Assembly: GCA_046483305.1 (NCBI GenBank)
Contig: JAWODM010000023.1
Coordinates: 1-46,328, forward strand
Direction of reading: 5' to 3'
DNA length: 46,328 nucleotides
From: Candidatus Krumholzibacteriales bacterium
GTDB taxonomy: Bacteria; Krumholzibacteriota; Krumholzibacteriia; Krumholzibacteriales; WJIX01
A program made the position numbers and the translations under genes. Position 1 is the first letter of the stretch. The number at the start of each line of letters is the position of its first letter. The notes below the pieces were generated by a model. That model was not told where the DNA came from. It worked only from the letters and a program-made list of their open reading frames with translations, and did no database searches. Below, in pieces: positions 44,960-46,328 of the stretch.

Positions 44960-44988
44960 ATTATAATGAACATATGTGCATTATACAA
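44960..44988 (-). promoter_or_regulatory. Sigma70 promoter with an overlapping 24-bp palindromic operator
   Basis: Minus-strand TTGTAT-N17-TATAAT; palindrome TATAATGaACATATGTgCATTATA at 44962-44985 (11 of 12 pairs). Confidence 0.8.
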
Positions 44989-45017
44989 GGTTTTAATTCT
45001 GGATCAATTCAGCGCTT

Positions 45018-45917
45018 TCAGCTCCCGAACTCCGCCCTTTCCCTCCTCACACTGATCTGTGAGAGGATCATCCCGGCAAACATCAGGACACAGCCAAGTA
45101 TCCCCCGGGCCGAAAGCACTTCTCCCAGGATCAGCCAGCCGCCGAGCACCGCGAATACCGCCTCGAAGCTCATTATCACGGAAGCATGGGCGGCGGGGGC
45201 GTAACGCTGCGCGAATATCTGGAATGTGTACGCCATCCCCACCGAGAAAACACCCCCGTATATTATAGGAACTGCTGCCTCTATAATCGAACCCACCGAA
45301 TTGCTCTCGGCAGCGGCCGAAACCCCCAGGCTCAGAATGGAGCAGGTCAGGCACTGAACCAGGGCCAGCGCCAGCGGGTCTATCCTGCGGCAGAGCTTTC
45401 CTATCGCTATTACGTGCCCCGCGAAGAAGAAGGCGCCGGCCAGAACCAGAAGGTCCCCCTTCTGCGGAATAAAGTCTTTTCCTATGGTCAGAAGGTACAG
45501 CCCCGCCACCGCGAGCACCGCCCCGATCCAGGTCCCGGTACCGGTTCTCTCTCTCCACAGCAGCAGGCCCGCAAGCGGCACTATAACCACATACAGGCCG
45601 GTAATAAACCCGGCCTTGCCCGCCGTGGTGAACACTACCCCCACCTGCTGAAGCGACGATCCCGCAAACAGGAACAGTCCGGCGAAGAAGCCGCTCCGGA
45701 TAATATTGCCCGGGTTCCAGAGCTGCCTGTCCTCAGTTTTTCTCCTTTTAATCAATACCAGAGGAAAAAGGAATACCGCCGCCAGGGCGAAACGGACCCC
45801 GTTAAATATGAACGGGCCTACATACCTCATCCCCACTCTCTGTGCCACAAAGGCGAACCCCCAGATAACGGCAGTAAGAATAAGAAGCCCGTCAGACTGG
45901 ACTATTTTCTTTCTCAT
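45018..45917 (-). CDS. EamA/DMT family transporter
   Basis: IWGFAFVAQ, TTAGKAGFITGLYVV, GDLL and SFEAVFAVLGGWLILGE; about 10 TM helices. Confidence 0.9.
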   Translation of the reverse strand: MRKKIVQSDGLLILTAVIWGFAFVAQRVGMRYVGPFIFNGVRFALAAVFLFPLVLIKRRKTEDRQLWNPGNIIRSGFFAGLFLFAGSSLQQVGVVFTTAGKAGFITGLYVVIVPLAGLLLWRERTGTGTWIGAVLAVAGLYLLTIGKDFIPQKGDLLVLAGAFFFAGHVIAIGKLCRRIDPLALALVQCLTCSILSLGVSAAAESNSVGSIIEAAVPIIYGGVFSVGMAYTFQIFAQRYAPAAHASVIMSFEAVFAVLGGWLILGEVLSARGILGCVLMFAGMILSQISVRRERAEFGS

Positions 45918-45948
45918 CGGATCTCCACAGAAAAGGATGCTTTACCTG

Positions 45949-46326
45949 TCAGAAGCCGCCCTTTTCCCTGACTGAAAGCATATATACCGCAAAGGATGCC
46001 AGCCAGTGCTCTCCCTCGTAGTTACCGCTGACTACCTTCGCGCTTGCCGCATGCCGCCGGGCAGAGCTCAGAATAATATCTCTTGCCGGGTCATCGGAAG
46101 GAAGAGAGGCCGCTATCCGGTAATAACACCAGGCCCGGCTCAGGTTGAGCCCGTCCAGATGAACTATCTTGGGATCTGATCTGTCCGATACCACCGCGGG
46201 GCTGAGCAGATTGTCCGGTTCTCCGGCTTCCAGCCCGGGAAGAAAATCATGGAACCATTCACCGAATTTATCGCCTTTCAGAATCCTGGCCATAAGATCA
46301 GCCTCTATCAGGCAGGAAGAGAGGAA
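45949..46326 (-). CDS. DUF2891-like protein, 3' part (5' end outside the window)
   Basis: The frame stays open to the window edge (FLSSCLIEADLMAR...); motifs VHLDGLNLSRAW and YEGEHWLASFA. Confidence 0.75.
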   Translation of the reverse strand, partial: FLSSCLIEADLMARILKGDKFGEWFHDFLPGLEAGEPDNLLSPAVVSDRSDPKIVHLDGLNLSRAWCYYRIAASLPSDDPARDIILSSARRHAASAKVVSGNYEGEHWLASFAVYMLSVREKGGF

Positions 46327-46328
46327 AT

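Noticed and set aside
1..46328. CRISPR arrays, tRNA/rRNA, transposases, prophage or defence genes
   Set aside because: No spaced direct repeats, cloverleaf or rRNA signatures, or matching ORFs were seen.

Overview
Gene-dense chromosomal window (about 50 CDS) from what looks like an anaerobic diderm bacterium; a candidate-phylum FCB-related lineage is only a guess. It has no tRNA, rRNA, CRISPR array or transposase. From left to right: a 150-bp element bounded by perfect 23-bp inverted repeats; ftcD-pgi-apbE; a decayed flavodoxin fragment; a complete rnfABCDGE operon; an orphan asnB plus GT4 pair; an HD-hydrolase / SucC-like / SucD-citrate-synthase-fold operon transcribed divergently from a split ADP-forming acyl-CoA synthetase; assorted redox, transport and repair genes; a PyrR-attenuated pyr operon (pyrR-B-C-[TPR lipoprotein]-K-D-F); and a DUF134-NifX-ATPase-ATPase-NifX (Orange-protein-like) cluster with a palindrome spanning its promoter. 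The best candidate for something undescribed is the locus at 15980-20148. It has ATP-citrate-lyase architecture, but its ligase halves read like succinyl-CoA synthetase with altered acid-binding loops, and its lyase half is a full-length citrate-synthase-sized domain carrying citryl-CoA-lyase motifs. All family calls come from motif recognition by eye; no database searches were run.
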